Shown: positions 48,167 through 57,681 of the stretch, piece by piece | Layout: each line of letters begins with the position of its first letter | Position numbering within the stretch: the stretch's first letter is position 1 | NCBI GenBank assembly: GCA_965215185.1 | Contig: OZ244034.1 | Location: 1-64,000, forward strand | Origin: Acidimicrobiia bacterium | Lineage (GTDB): Bacteria; Actinomycetota; Acidimicrobiia; Spongiisociales; ZC4RG35 | Direction: 5' to 3' | Length of the DNA: 64,000 bases | The notes under the pieces: model-generated | What the model saw: only the letters and a program-made list of their open reading frames with translations | Database searches by the model: none | Told to the model about the DNA's origin: nothing | Translations under genes and position numbers: made by a program

Positions 48167-48778
48167 ATGAGCGTTATGTCCCGATTGCGTGAGGATCGGG
48201 TGCCCACCGGGGTGGATCCTTCCCGGTTGCCACCCGGCCAGTACATCACCAAGCGGTTTCCGGTGCTGCATGTCGGACACACCCCCAAGGTAAAGCTGGA
48301 CAAGTGGGATTTCAAGGTGGATGGCCTGGTGAAAAACCCGGTGTCGTGGTCTTTTGAAGAGATGGCATCATTGCCGCGCACCAAGATGCTGTGCGATATT
48401 CATTGCGTTACCAAGTGGTCCAAGTTCGACACCCGCTGGGAAGGCATCCCGGTCACCGAGGTGCTTTCGCACTTGGAGATTCAACCCCAGGCTACCCATG
48501 TTCTGGTGCTTGCTGAGCACGGTTTCGCATCGAATCTGTCGCTTGAGGACTTCGCCCGGCCCGAGAACCTGTTCGCCCTGCGCTTCGACGGAAAGGACTT
48601 GGCCCCCGATCACGGATGGCCCATGAGACTGGTGGTCCCCCGCCTGTATTTTTGGAAGTCGGTGAAATGGGTCAGGGGCCTTAAGTTCATCGAAGGTGAC
48701 CAACCGGGATTCTGGGAGCGAAACGGATACCACATGCGGGGCGAACCCTGGTCCGAGCAGCGCTACTGGGGAGATTGA
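48167..48778 (+). CDS. Sulfite-oxidase-like molybdopterin oxidoreductase (YuiH-like)
   Basis: RLPPGQ, DIHCVTKWS, HGWPMRLVVP.LYFWKS.KW and GFWERNGYH. Confidence 0.9.
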   Translation: MSVMSRLREDRVPTGVDPSRLPPGQYITKRFPVLHVGHTPKVKLDKWDFKVDGLVKNPVSWSFEEMASLPRTKMLCDIHCVTKWSKFDTRWEGIPVTEVLSHLEIQPQATHVLVLAEHGFASNLSLEDFARPENLFALRFDGKDLAPDHGWPMRLVVPRLYFWKSVKWVRGLKFIEGDQPGFWERNGYHMRGEPWSEQRYWGD

Positions 48779-48802
48779 CGAAGAACTCTTCTCGCCGAGG
48801 GT

Positions 48803-50239
48803 TTATACCTCGGCCAGCGAAGGTCGGCGATTGAACCAGGGCTGGGTCTCTTCGAGTTGGGCGGCCAGCATCAGGAGGGTGGCTTCGTCTCCGTATCTTC
48901 CTAGGAAGTGCGCTCCCACCGGCACTCCCGAGGAGGTCTGACCGAGCGGGACCGACATGGCGGGTTGTCCGGTCATGTTCGCCAAGGAGCAGAACGGGCT
49001 GAACCTACCGATCCGAGACCGGAACTGGGTTGTGTCTTCGGAGTCGGTGTCGAAGGTTCCCAGCGGTGGGGGAGGGGTGGCCGTAGTGGGGGTGAGCCAC
49101 AGGTGATAGGCGCCGAAGAAGTCGGAGACCTCTCTTCCCGTTCGATGGATGGTCGCCAGCGCTTCCAGGTATTGAACGGCGTTGGTGCGGTTGCCCTCTT
49201 CCACTCGTTGCCTGATCCCCGCTTCCAGGTCACTGGGTCCGGGGGGACGTCCCAGTTGCTGGGCGCGTGCGGCCACGGTTCGGGCCACGTTGGCGTTGAC
49301 CACCGTGGTGTAGGCCGTCCCGGCCTCGCCGAGGCTCCAGCGGGGGGAGGCTTCCTCCACGATGTGTCCGAGCCGTTCACAGAGCCGGGCAGTCTCTTCC
49401 ACCACCCTCCGACAATCCGGATGGAGGGCATGCCCACGGGGAGTGCTTAGGGAAAACCCGACCCGCAACGTCCCCGGATCGGCGCCGACCCGGGAGAGGA
49501 ACGAATCCGAGGGAGGGGGCGGGTAGTAGGGAGCGCCTAGATCGGCGCCCGCGGTTACATCCAGCAGGAGAGCGGAATCCCGTACGGTGAGGGATACCGC
49601 ATGTTCGGTGCTCAGACCCCCCCAGCCTTCTCCCTGGTCAGGTCCGGGCGGAGTCCGGCCGCGGGTGGGCTTGAGGCCGAACAACCCACAGCAGGCGGCG
49701 GGGATTCTGATCGATCCGCCCCCGTCGGTGGCGTGGGCGAGGGGTAACACCCTGGCAGCGACCAGTGCCGCCGCGCCTCCGCTTGAACCGCCGGGGATCA
49801 AAGCAGTGTCCCAAGGGTTGCGAGCGGGGCCTCCGTATCGGGGCTCGGTGGCGAGATTGCAACCCAGCTCGGGGGTTTTGGTCTTACCGAATACCACCAG
49901 ACCGGCTGCGCGGTGTCGTCGCACTGTCTCGGTGTCGTAGTCGGCCACCGATCCCGCAAAGAACCTGCTCCCGGAGGTGGTAGGAGTTCCGGCGTACTTT
50001 GCCCGCAGATCTTTGAGCGCAAAGGGCGTCCCTCCCAGCGGTCCGGTTGTCTCGCCTCGTCTGATCTGACGCTGCGCTTCTTCCTCCATGGTCAGCACCA
50101 TCGCGCCGAGCGTGGGATCGACCGCCTCGGCGCGCCGCAGCGCCTCCTCCAGGAGTTCGGTGGGATGAGCCTCCCGGCGGGCGACCAGATCGGCCAGCCC
50201 CATTCCGTCGTGTTGGAGGTATTCTGCGCCCAGGCTCAT
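48803..50239 (-). CDS. Amidase-signature family amidase
   Basis: PFALKDL, PGGSSGGAAA and DGGGSIRIPA. Confidence 0.93.
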   Translation of the reverse strand: MSLGAEYLQHDGMGLADLVARREAHPTELLEEALRRAEAVDPTLGAMVLTMEEEAQRQIRRGETTGPLGGTPFALKDLRAKYAGTPTTSGSRFFAGSVADYDTETVRRHRAAGLVVFGKTKTPELGCNLATEPRYGGPARNPWDTALIPGGSSGGAAALVAARVLPLAHATDGGGSIRIPAACCGLFGLKPTRGRTPPGPDQGEGWGGLSTEHAVSLTVRDSALLLDVTAGADLGAPYYPPPPSDSFLSRVGADPGTLRVGFSLSTPRGHALHPDCRRVVEETARLCERLGHIVEEASPRWSLGEAGTAYTTVVNANVARTVAARAQQLGRPPGPSDLEAGIRQRVEEGNRTNAVQYLEALATIHRTGREVSDFFGAYHLWLTPTTATPPPPLGTFDTDSEDTTQFRSRIGRFSPFCSLANMTGQPAMSVPLGQTSSGVPVGAHFLGRYGDEATLLMLAAQLEETQPWFNRRPSLAEV

Positions 50240-51186
50240 CGGCTAACCGCCCGGCTGATGGCCTCCAGGCATCGTTCGAATCCCCGGCGGTTCGCCACTG
50301 GGCCGGACAGTGGAAAAACCATGACTTCGCTCCAGGTTGCCAGTTCCGACAAACGGGAAGCCACTTGGTCCATCGAGCCATGCACTACCAGTTCATCGAC
50401 CAAGGACGGGGAAAGCGGTTCGTCGGAGGGGGGATATCCGGCCGCTTCGAACATATCCCGGTAGAACTGAAAACGCCGATATGGGTCGATTTGTTGTTGG
50501 ACGGCGCGGTGCACTGCCTGGGGGTCTTCTGTCACCAGGGTGGGCACGCCCAAGATGATGGGAGGAGGGGGGCGGCCCGCCGAGTCCGCGCCCTTCCAGA
50601 GGGCCGGCAGACCGATGGTCTTCACATAGCGGGGCGGGCAAACCCAGGTGATCGCTCCATCCGCCACCTCTCCACACATGCGGAAGGCGCCTTGCCCGAG
50701 TGCGGAGGCCAGCACCGGGGTGGGGAGGGGGGTGGGCAGCTTGCCTTTGGCCCGTACGAATTCGCCTCGAAAGTCCACCCTCCCCTTCTGGAAGATGGTG
50801 CGCAGCGTTATCAGATACTCTCTTAGGTGACTTAGAGGTTTGCGAAAATCGGCGCCGTAAGAGGACATGGCGGCGGAGGTGCTGGGGCCTACCCCCAATC
50901 TGATCCGACCGCCAGCCAATGATTCCAGGGCAGTCACCTGCTGGGCCAACGCCAGGGGATGGCGCGGCCAGATGGGAACCACCGCGGTACCCATTCTGAT
51001 CCGGTCAGTGACTTGAGAGGCGGCGGCGATGATGGTGAGGGCATCGGGTCGCAGCCGCCCGGAGGTCAGCCAGACAGTGTCGGCCCCGGCCTGCTCGGCA
51101 AGCCTGATCGCCTCCAAGGTGGCCGACGTTCCATCGGGTACCACGGCGATACCCATGCCGGGTTGGTCGGGAGGGGCAAGGACCAT
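50236..51186 (-). CDS. LLM-class flavin/F420-dependent oxidoreductase
   Basis: AEQAGADTVW, GTAVVPIWPRHP, GRIRLGVG and GEVADG; overlaps the amidase start. Confidence 0.88.
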   Translation of the reverse strand: MVLAPPDQPGMGIAVVPDGTSATLEAIRLAEQAGADTVWLTSGRLRPDALTIIAAASQVTDRIRMGTAVVPIWPRHPLALAQQVTALESLAGGRIRLGVGPSTSAAMSSYGADFRKPLSHLREYLITLRTIFQKGRVDFRGEFVRAKGKLPTPLPTPVLASALGQGAFRMCGEVADGAITWVCPPRYVKTIGLPALWKGADSAGRPPPPIILGVPTLVTEDPQAVHRAVQQQIDPYRRFQFYRDMFEAAGYPPSDEPLSPSLVDELVVHGSMDQVASRLSELATWSEVMVFPLSGPVANRRGFERCLEAISRAVSR

Positions 51187-51226
51187 CTTGTTAGATTACC
51201 TGCGAGGAGGGCCGAGCGCCGTTCCC

Positions 51227-51440
51227 TGTACATGCCGGCCAATCGTCTTCGATAATGGACGACGAAGATCTGCTGACAGTCGGTAGATGTCGGGGGATGG
51301 GAATGACGACCACTGCTTGTGCCTGGCGGCCTGAATCGCCGAATCGTTTTCGTGTGAATGCTGAGGAGGGTTAAATGGTGTCCGAGAATCTCTATGCAGT
51401 GGGACACAACGCCGGAGTCGGTGGTCGGGTCGCCGGTGAG
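51227..51440 (+). pseudogene. Eroded duplicate of the 5' region of the 52296-53498 gene
   Basis: 51376-51399 matches 52450-52473 at 23/24 nt, with collinear similarity on both sides. Confidence 0.7.
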
Positions 51441-51554
51441 GAAACGTTCTCCTGGAAAGCCGCTTTCCAGGAGAAAGGAAAGGGCATGTATTTCAGAGCC
51501 ATCCCCGCCAGTGCTGTCGGCGCCAATTCAAACAGGGCTGTTCTTCCCAGAGAC

Positions 51555-52025
51555 TCAGCTAAGGGCCTCGGCTTCGGGGCGGTTCTGTGGCGCGCAATCT
51601 GAGCAGTAGCCGAGAACCGCCAGGTTGTGGCTGTTTGGGGAAAAGCCATAATCTTGACGCAGCGAGTCGTAGGTTTGTTCAAAGACCTCCATGGGAACGG
51701 CTATGGTCTTGCCACACTCCTCGCAAACCAGATGCTGGTGGTCGTGGTGAACTGTCAGGTGCCAGAAACCTGGTACGTGCCCCAGTTGGACTTGATGAAC
51801 GAGTCCGATCCCAGCCAGATATTCCAAAGCCCGATATATTGTGGAGGCGTCGATCTCACCTGCAGAGGCCTTAACTCTTTCCAGAATGGTTGCGACATTC
51901 AGGAACTCTTTCTCGCTCTCAGCGAGCACCCGGCAAATCGCCCGTCTGGGCAAGGTAATCCGGAACCCGGCCTCTCTCAGTTTGCCGATCAGAATCTCTT
52001 CGGCGGTAGCTTCTCCATAAACCAT
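51555..52025 (-). CDS. Fur-family transcriptional regulator
   Basis: LREAGFRIT..RRAI, STIYRAL, HHDHQHLVCEECG and C-terminal CSDC. Confidence 0.92.
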   Translation of the reverse strand: MVYGEATAEEILIGKLREAGFRITLPRRAICRVLAESEKEFLNVATILERVKASAGEIDASTIYRALEYLAGIGLVHQVQLGHVPGFWHLTVHHDHQHLVCEECGKTIAVPMEVFEQTYDSLRQDYGFSPNSHNLAVLGYCSDCAPQNRPEAEALS

Positions 52026-52295
52026 AACTTGCAAGAGAGAGCCTAACTTGCAGCCGTTTGCCAAGGAAAATGCCCTAGCCGCCAGCCTCGGAACACCCTT
52101 AGAGCCGTGGGATCAAATCACCACACTACGAAGCGGCACGTTGGTTGCGCTAGTCCGTCGGTTGTGTCGACCGAGGTGCAGGGTCGGCCACGAGCGCGGG
52201 CGGTACATTCTGGCACAGGCATGAGAGGGTAAGGGACGGTCTTGTCGGATGGCCTGTGAGGAACACCGCGAAGAGTTCCTTGTAGATTGACTGCC

Positions 52296-53498
52296 ATGCC
52301 GTTTAGAAAACGCCGAGGATCTGCGAGCAATCGCCGGTACCGGTGGATCGGCATGGTGACATTGGCACTGTTGTGCGTGGTGATGACAGCTTCTCCCATC
52401 GCGGCCTCCACCGCCGAGTCGGATTTGGTGTGGATTCTGGAAGATGAAGTGGTGTCCGAGGATCTCTATGCAGCGGGGAACAACATCCGAATCTCGGGTC
52501 GGGTGGAAGGTGACCTGGTGGGGGTGGCGACCGACGAGTTGGTGGTGGAAGGAGTGGTGACCGGTTCGGTGTTTGTTGTGGCGTCGCGGGTTGAGATTGT
52601 GGGAGTGGTGGAAGGATCGGTGCGCGCGGCGGCGGGAGAGGTGGTGGTCACCGGGCGGGTGGGAGGAGATGTGGTGGTGGGGGCGGGTGTTCTGCGGGTG
52701 GCCGGGGAGGTGCACCGGGACATATTGGCGGCGGCTTGGTCGGTCTCTGCCCGCGGGAAGGTGGGCAGGGACTTGAGAGGGCGGTTTCGGTCTGTGACCC
52801 TGGGCGGGGAGATCAACGGCGATGCCCAGATTCGGACAGAGCACTTGGACGTGGAACGAGGGGCATTGGTCTCAGGTGATCTGGATTATCAGGCTTCCAG
52901 TCTTTCGGGAATGGAGTATCTGGAGGAGAAGGTGGTCGGATCGGTCATCAACCGCCGCGTGCTTGCACCCAATATCCGGGTTCGCGCTTTCCAGCTTATG
53001 ACTTATATATTCCTGTCCTTGCTGATGATGGCGGGAGGTTTGATCATCGTCCGCTTAGCCGGCTTCCAGGTGGCAAGAGCTGCTCGGCGGACCATCAGGT
53101 CGCCGCTGCGGAACCTGGGCAAGGGTTTGCTCCTGTTCTTGTCGCCTCTAATAGGTGTGTTGGTGGTGGGGATGGCGGTCATTTGGCTTCCGGTCTATAT
53201 CTGGGGGCCACTCATGGTGGGAGCGGTCCCCCTTCTCATCATCGTGACCGGGACGTGGTTGTTGGTCGCGTTGATCGCCCATGTCCCGGTGGCGGTTGCC
53301 ACGGGTAGGGCAGTGGGCAGAGTATTCCACCGAGATTGGGAGTTGCCTTTGTCTTATTTGCCGGGCGCCCTCGTCTACGTGCTGGCGCTGCAGATCCCGG
53401 TGGTCGGCCTGCCACTGGTCGCCATCGCCACGATCCTGGGAGGAGGGGCATGGCTGGGCAGAGACCGCGCAAGGTCAGGCACCGACCGTAAGGTCTAA
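52296..53498 (+). CDS. Membrane protein with polymer-forming (bactofilin-like beta-helix) repeats and C-terminal TMs
   Basis: Signal/TM segment, repeated G.V.GD(L/V) units, then ~5 TM segments. Confidence 0.75.
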   Translation: MPFRKRRGSASNRRYRWIGMVTLALLCVVMTASPIAASTAESDLVWILEDEVVSEDLYAAGNNIRISGRVEGDLVGVATDELVVEGVVTGSVFVVASRVEIVGVVEGSVRAAAGEVVVTGRVGGDVVVGAGVLRVAGEVHRDILAAAWSVSARGKVGRDLRGRFRSVTLGGEINGDAQIRTEHLDVERGALVSGDLDYQASSLSGMEYLEEKVVGSVINRRVLAPNIRVRAFQLMTYIFLSLLMMAGGLIIVRLAGFQVARAARRTIRSPLRNLGKGLLLFLSPLIGVLVVGMAVIWLPVYIWGPLMVGAVPLLIIVTGTWLLVALIAHVPVAVATGRAVGRVFHRDWELPLSYLPGALVYVLALQIPVVGLPLVAIATILGGGAWLGRDRARSGTDRKV

Positions 53499-53614
53499 AA
53501 CCGACCTCACAGCACTGACCAATACCTGAATAGCGCAGAGAAACGCACCACTTTGGAACTTGCTGTGGGCTGCGGCCTCACCTAGGTTTCACCCAACGAG
53601 TCCCAAGGGGAGGA

Positions 53615-54220
53615 TCAACCGCCGGGGGAGCCGTAGCGCCTAAGACCCTGGCGGAGAGCGTCGGGGGTGTCCACCGAAAACCACGAGCGGCCATCCTCAC
53701 CCCAGGACCGCCAGTATTGGGGAAGGATCAGACTTCCTCCCAGGCGGGGGATCACCGGTTGCAGCGATTGCCCCTTCCGGGCAGCCTCGGCCACCGGGGG
53801 AAGTGCCCTCGCCGGATAGACGGCGCAGCTTATCTGATAAAGCATGTCGAGGGGAACTACCGGAAGGGGCCGGACCTCCAGCATGGCAGCCAGGGTTGCG
53901 GGTCTTACCCAGGGGTGATCCACGGCCACCGCCAAGACTGGCCGGCCGGCGGCCTCTGACAGCCCGGTTGCAATTCCTGCGGCGGGTCCGCGGCCTTCCG
54001 ATTCGAGGTCGGGGATCGACCGGACACCCTCGGCGCGTTCGCGTCCCACCACCACCACTTCGGGAACCACTTGGGAGAGGGCGGTCACCACCCAATCCAG
54101 CAGGGTGCGGCCTCCCAGCAAGGTTAAGGCCTTATCGGTCCCCATCCGGCGGGATTGTCCACCCGCCAGCACCACTCCGAGTACCTGGGTGGGGAGAGGG
54201 GATGACGAATGTGACTTCAT
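53615..54220 (-). CDS. mobA: Molybdenum cofactor guanylyltransferase
   Basis: VLAGGQSRRMGTDKA, GPAAGI, AVDHP and VDTPDAL. Confidence 0.85.
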   Translation of the reverse strand: MKSHSSSPLPTQVLGVVLAGGQSRRMGTDKALTLLGGRTLLDWVVTALSQVVPEVVVVGRERAEGVRSIPDLESEGRGPAAGIATGLSEAAGRPVLAVAVDHPWVRPATLAAMLEVRPLPVVPLDMLYQISCAVYPARALPPVAEAARKGQSLQPVIPRLGGSLILPQYWRSWGEDGRSWFSVDTPDALRQGLRRYGSPGG

Positions 54221-54255
54221 AGAATTTTCGGAGTCGGTATCAGCTATACAATCGA

Positions 54256-55500
54256 ATGGAAGTGACGCCTCAGGCTACCGACATCGAACTCACCTCTGTT
54301 CGTCGTCGGTTAGTGTATGTGCTCTTTTCTGGAGCAACTTTGGGGTGGATTGCTTTTATAGCAACCATAACTGTGGCCACGGTGGCGGCCCGCTCCCTGA
54401 CCGGGTCCACGTTGATCGCCGGGTTTCCCTTGGCGGCCGGCGCCCTGGGTCAGGCGCTGGGGACCAGTCTGTTCGGAAGGCTGAGCGCCTCTCGCGGACG
54501 CCGGTTCATCTTGTTGGTCGGGCCTCCCATATCAGTCTTGGGAGCTACCTTGGAATTGCTGGGGGTGGTACTCGGCTGGTATTGGTTGCTGCTGGGTGGG
54601 GCCCTGGTCGTCGGTGGCGGCATCGGAGCCGTCCATTTGATCAGGTATGTCGCCGCGGAACTCTCCGAAGAGCACCGGACGGCCTGGGCGATGGGGTTCA
54701 TAGTGTGGTCGGGCACTATCGGGTCGTTGGTGGGCGCCAACTTGGTGGACGGGGTGGGCCGGATGGTGGAGGAGTGGCTGGGGACGCCATATGGAGGCGC
54801 CTTCCTCCTGGCCGCCGTGGCTTTCCTGCTCTCCTGGTTGGTCTTTTGGATGGCCCTTCGTCCTGACCCTTCCCAGGTGGCTGTCACCACCCATGAAGGG
54901 CCAGCGGCCCGTGGGTCGGTGGGCTCGGCTTTCCGGAGTCCCAGGGTACAACTCTCGATCCTGGCTTTGCTATCTGCGCAAGTGGTGATGGTGATGGTGA
55001 CGACTGCCGCTCCGTTGCGCATCGAGGACGCGGGGTACGGTCTGGATGTAGTCGGGGTGGTGATCTCCACCCACGCGGTGGGAATGTTCGCCTTTGCCCC
55101 CCTAGTGGGAAAACTGGTCGACCGCATGGGACCTCTGTTGTCGCTGGTAATCGGAGTGTTGGTGACTTTGATTTCTCTGTTCCTGTCCGCAACGGCCTCC
55201 TATGAAGGATATTGGATGTTGAATTTTGGGCTCTTCGTCCTGGGCCTGGGATGGTGTTTCAGCTTCGTGGCGGGCAGTGCCATGCTGTTCGCTTCCGCTC
55301 CTTCCGATGTCCGCCAGATTGTGGAAGGGTGGGCGGATTCGGCAATCTGGACGATGGTGATGTTGGGCAGTGCAGGGGCCGGGGTTTTGATGAGCACCGT
55401 TGGGTTCGAATTTCTGAATCTGGTGTCGGCGGCGCCTCTGCTGGTCATTGTCCTGCTGGTGCTTTTTGTTCCAAGTCTCCGCGCCGAACTTGCTCGTTAG
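54256..55500 (+). CDS. MFS transporter (paralogue 1)
   Basis: 12-TM pattern, G.L....GRR, RYVAAE and GKLVDRMG. Confidence 0.9.
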   Translation: MEVTPQATDIELTSVRRRLVYVLFSGATLGWIAFIATITVATVAARSLTGSTLIAGFPLAAGALGQALGTSLFGRLSASRGRRFILLVGPPISVLGATLELLGVVLGWYWLLLGGALVVGGGIGAVHLIRYVAAELSEEHRTAWAMGFIVWSGTIGSLVGANLVDGVGRMVEEWLGTPYGGAFLLAAVAFLLSWLVFWMALRPDPSQVAVTTHEGPAARGSVGSAFRSPRVQLSILALLSAQVVMVMVTTAAPLRIEDAGYGLDVVGVVISTHAVGMFAFAPLVGKLVDRMGPLLSLVIGVLVTLISLFLSATASYEGYWMLNFGLFVLGLGWCFSFVAGSAMLFASAPSDVRQIVEGWADSAIWTMVMLGSAGAGVLMSTVGFEFLNLVSAAPLLVIVLLVLFVPSLRAELAR

Positions 55501-55530
55501 TCAGGGCCGGGAATGTCCTGGCTTCTGGTT

Positions 55531-55640
55531 AGGCGGTATCCCCACCAGATACGGGACCGCGGCCCAGAAGAGAAGGCTCAAGACTCGTGAAGACCCAGGA
55601 CCTCTGGCCATGATCACTCCCGGACCTCTCGGCAAGGGAA
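55531..55640 (-). pseudogene. Eroded duplicate of the 3' end of the 56946-57644 membrane gene
   Basis: AGGCGGTATCCCCACCAGAT at 55531-55550 is identical to 56980-56999; both start 31 nt after the respective MFS stop. Confidence 0.75.
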
Positions 55641-55710
55641 TGGCAGGAGGCTATGGCGGGGAAGGATTCACGGAAGTCGGGGCCGGTTTGACCAATAGAA
55701 TCGCAGAGGA

Positions 55711-56949
55711 GTGAAGCGTCAGGTTGCCGACCTCGAGTTGACTGCAATTCGCCGTCGGTTGGTCTATGTGCTCTTTTCCGGTGCCACCCTGGGGTGGGTC
55801 GCGTTCGTGGCCACCCTGACCGTGGCGACAGTGGCTGCCCGTTCCCTGACCGGGTCCACCGCAATCGCCGGGTTTCCCTTGGCCGCCGGGGCCTTGGGAC
55901 AGGCATTTGGGACCAATCTGTTCGGCAGGTGGAGCGCCCGGTATGGGCGGCGTTTCATCATGCTGGCGGGTCCTCCCATGTCGGCATTCGGCGCCACTAT
56001 GGAACTGTTGGGGGTGGTGTTCGGCTGGTATTGGATGCTGGTGGTTGGGGCGGTGTTCGTGGGTGGTGGTATCGGCGCCATCCACCTGACCAGGTACGCG
56101 GCCGCTGAGTTGAGTGAAGAGGGCCAGCGGGGTCGAGCGGTGGGGATTCTGGTGTGGTCGGGCACCATCGGGTCGCTGGCGGGAGCCAATCTGGTGGACT
56201 GGACAGGTCAGATGGCAGAGGAATGGCTGGGTACGCCCTACGGAGGCGCTTTCCTGCTGGCCGCGGCTGCTTTTCTGCTCTCCTGGTTGATTTTCTTGAC
56301 GGCTCTTCGTCCCGACCCCTCCCAGGTGGCTGTCACCACCCAGGAGCGGCCTGCGGCCAAGGGGTCGGTGGGCTCGGCTCTGCGGCTTTCCTCGGTGCAA
56401 ATCTCCGTGTTGGCTTTGTTATCCGCGCAGGTGACGATGGTGCTGGTGATGACCGCCACTCCTCTGCGGATCGAGGATGCGGGCTATGGGCTGGACATTG
56501 TGGGCTTGGTGATCTCGACCCACGCGGTGGGAATGTTTGCCTTCGCTCCGTTGGTAGGGAAGCTGGTTGACCGTATAGGGCATCTTCCTGTCCTGCTGAT
56601 CGGAGCAGTGGTGAGCTGGGGCTCTCTGCTCCTGACCGGAACCGCACCTCAGGAAGGCTATTGGATGTTGATCGCCGGGCTCTTGGTCCTGGGCCTGGGA
56701 TGGAGTTTCAGCTTCGTGGCGGGCAGTTCCATGCTGTTTGCTTCCGCTCCTTCCGATGTGCGCCAAGTGGTGGAAGGTTGGGCGGACTCGGCCATCTGGA
56801 CGGTAGTGATGTTGGGAAGTGTGGGAGCGGGGCTGCTTATGAACTCGATCGGATACGCCATGCTCAACCTGGTGGCGGCCTGCCCCTTGTTGATCATTGT
56901 CACAATGGTGTTTTCGACTCGCAGGCTCCGCACGGCGCTCTTCGCCTAG
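55711..56949 (+). CDS. MFS transporter (paralogue 2)
   Basis: Highly similar over its full length to 54256-55500. Confidence 0.9.
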   Translation: MKRQVADLELTAIRRRLVYVLFSGATLGWVAFVATLTVATVAARSLTGSTAIAGFPLAAGALGQAFGTNLFGRWSARYGRRFIMLAGPPMSAFGATMELLGVVFGWYWMLVVGAVFVGGGIGAIHLTRYAAAELSEEGQRGRAVGILVWSGTIGSLAGANLVDWTGQMAEEWLGTPYGGAFLLAAAAFLLSWLIFLTALRPDPSQVAVTTQERPAAKGSVGSALRLSSVQISVLALLSAQVTMVLVMTATPLRIEDAGYGLDIVGLVISTHAVGMFAFAPLVGKLVDRIGHLPVLLIGAVVSWGSLLLTGTAPQEGYWMLIAGLLVLGLGWSFSFVAGSSMLFASAPSDVRQVVEGWADSAIWTVVMLGSVGAGLLMNSIGYAMLNLVAACPLLIIVTMVFSTRRLRTALFA

Positions 56950-57644
56950 GGGGCTTTGGGGTTAGCGTCGCTGCGTGCAAGGCGGTATCCCCACCAGATG
57001 AGCGCCGCTGCCGCCAGCAGGGAGACCGAAAAAGCCGAAGATTCATTGAGGAAACCGAGGAGGGTGCCTCCGGTTGCCGCAGCCAGGACTCCGGCCGTGA
57101 TGATCAGATTCGCCACCGCCCGCCGGGGATTGGATTTGCGAAAACGGATCGCTCCCCATAAGGCAGCGGTGATAAGCACCAACGTTCCCATTCCTCCAGC
57201 GATGGCAGCCAACAGACGGGGACCGAATCCCGCTTCGGCAATGGTGGCAAAGATGTCGGAGGGGATACCACCGTCTGGCAGGGACCGGGCAAATGGGGTG
57301 ACGCTCACCAGGGTGGTGGCCATCGCCGAAAACCCGAAAAGACCCATCACCATGATGTGTCCGACCCGCCGACCCACCGAGAGGAATACCGATCCCACTG
57401 CCAGGAATGGGATATTGAGAACCGCGCCAAACAAGAAGAAGGTCCGATAACTGAACCCGCTCCATCCCCAAACTTGGCCGATGAACAAAGCCCACACCCC
57501 CATAGTGAACATGGCCATTCCGGTTGTGTAGGCTGACAAATGCGGCCGCGGTCGTCTCCGCAGATCACGGGTGAGATCCAGGGTGGCGACGGTGGCCACT
57601 ACGGCTGCCGAGGCGGCTAGACCCAATCCGGCGAAGCTGCCCAC
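56946..57644 (-). CDS. Hypothetical ~7-TM membrane protein
   Basis: Multiple hydrophobic segments and a GWS...YR.FFLFGA.LN motif; function not recognised. Confidence 0.75.
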   Translation of the reverse strand: MGSFAGLGLAASAAVVATVATLDLTRDLRRRPRPHLSAYTTGMAMFTMGVWALFIGQVWGWSGFSYRTFFLFGAVLNIPFLAVGSVFLSVGRRVGHIMVMGLFGFSAMATTLVSVTPFARSLPDGGIPSDIFATIAEAGFGPRLLAAIAGGMGTLVLITAALWGAIRFRKSNPRRAVANLIITAGVLAAATGGTLLGFLNESSAFSVSLLAAAALIWWGYRLARSDANPKAP

Positions 57645-57681
57645 CGTAGGGATGCTATCAGGTGAAAAAGGAGTTTTGTCA

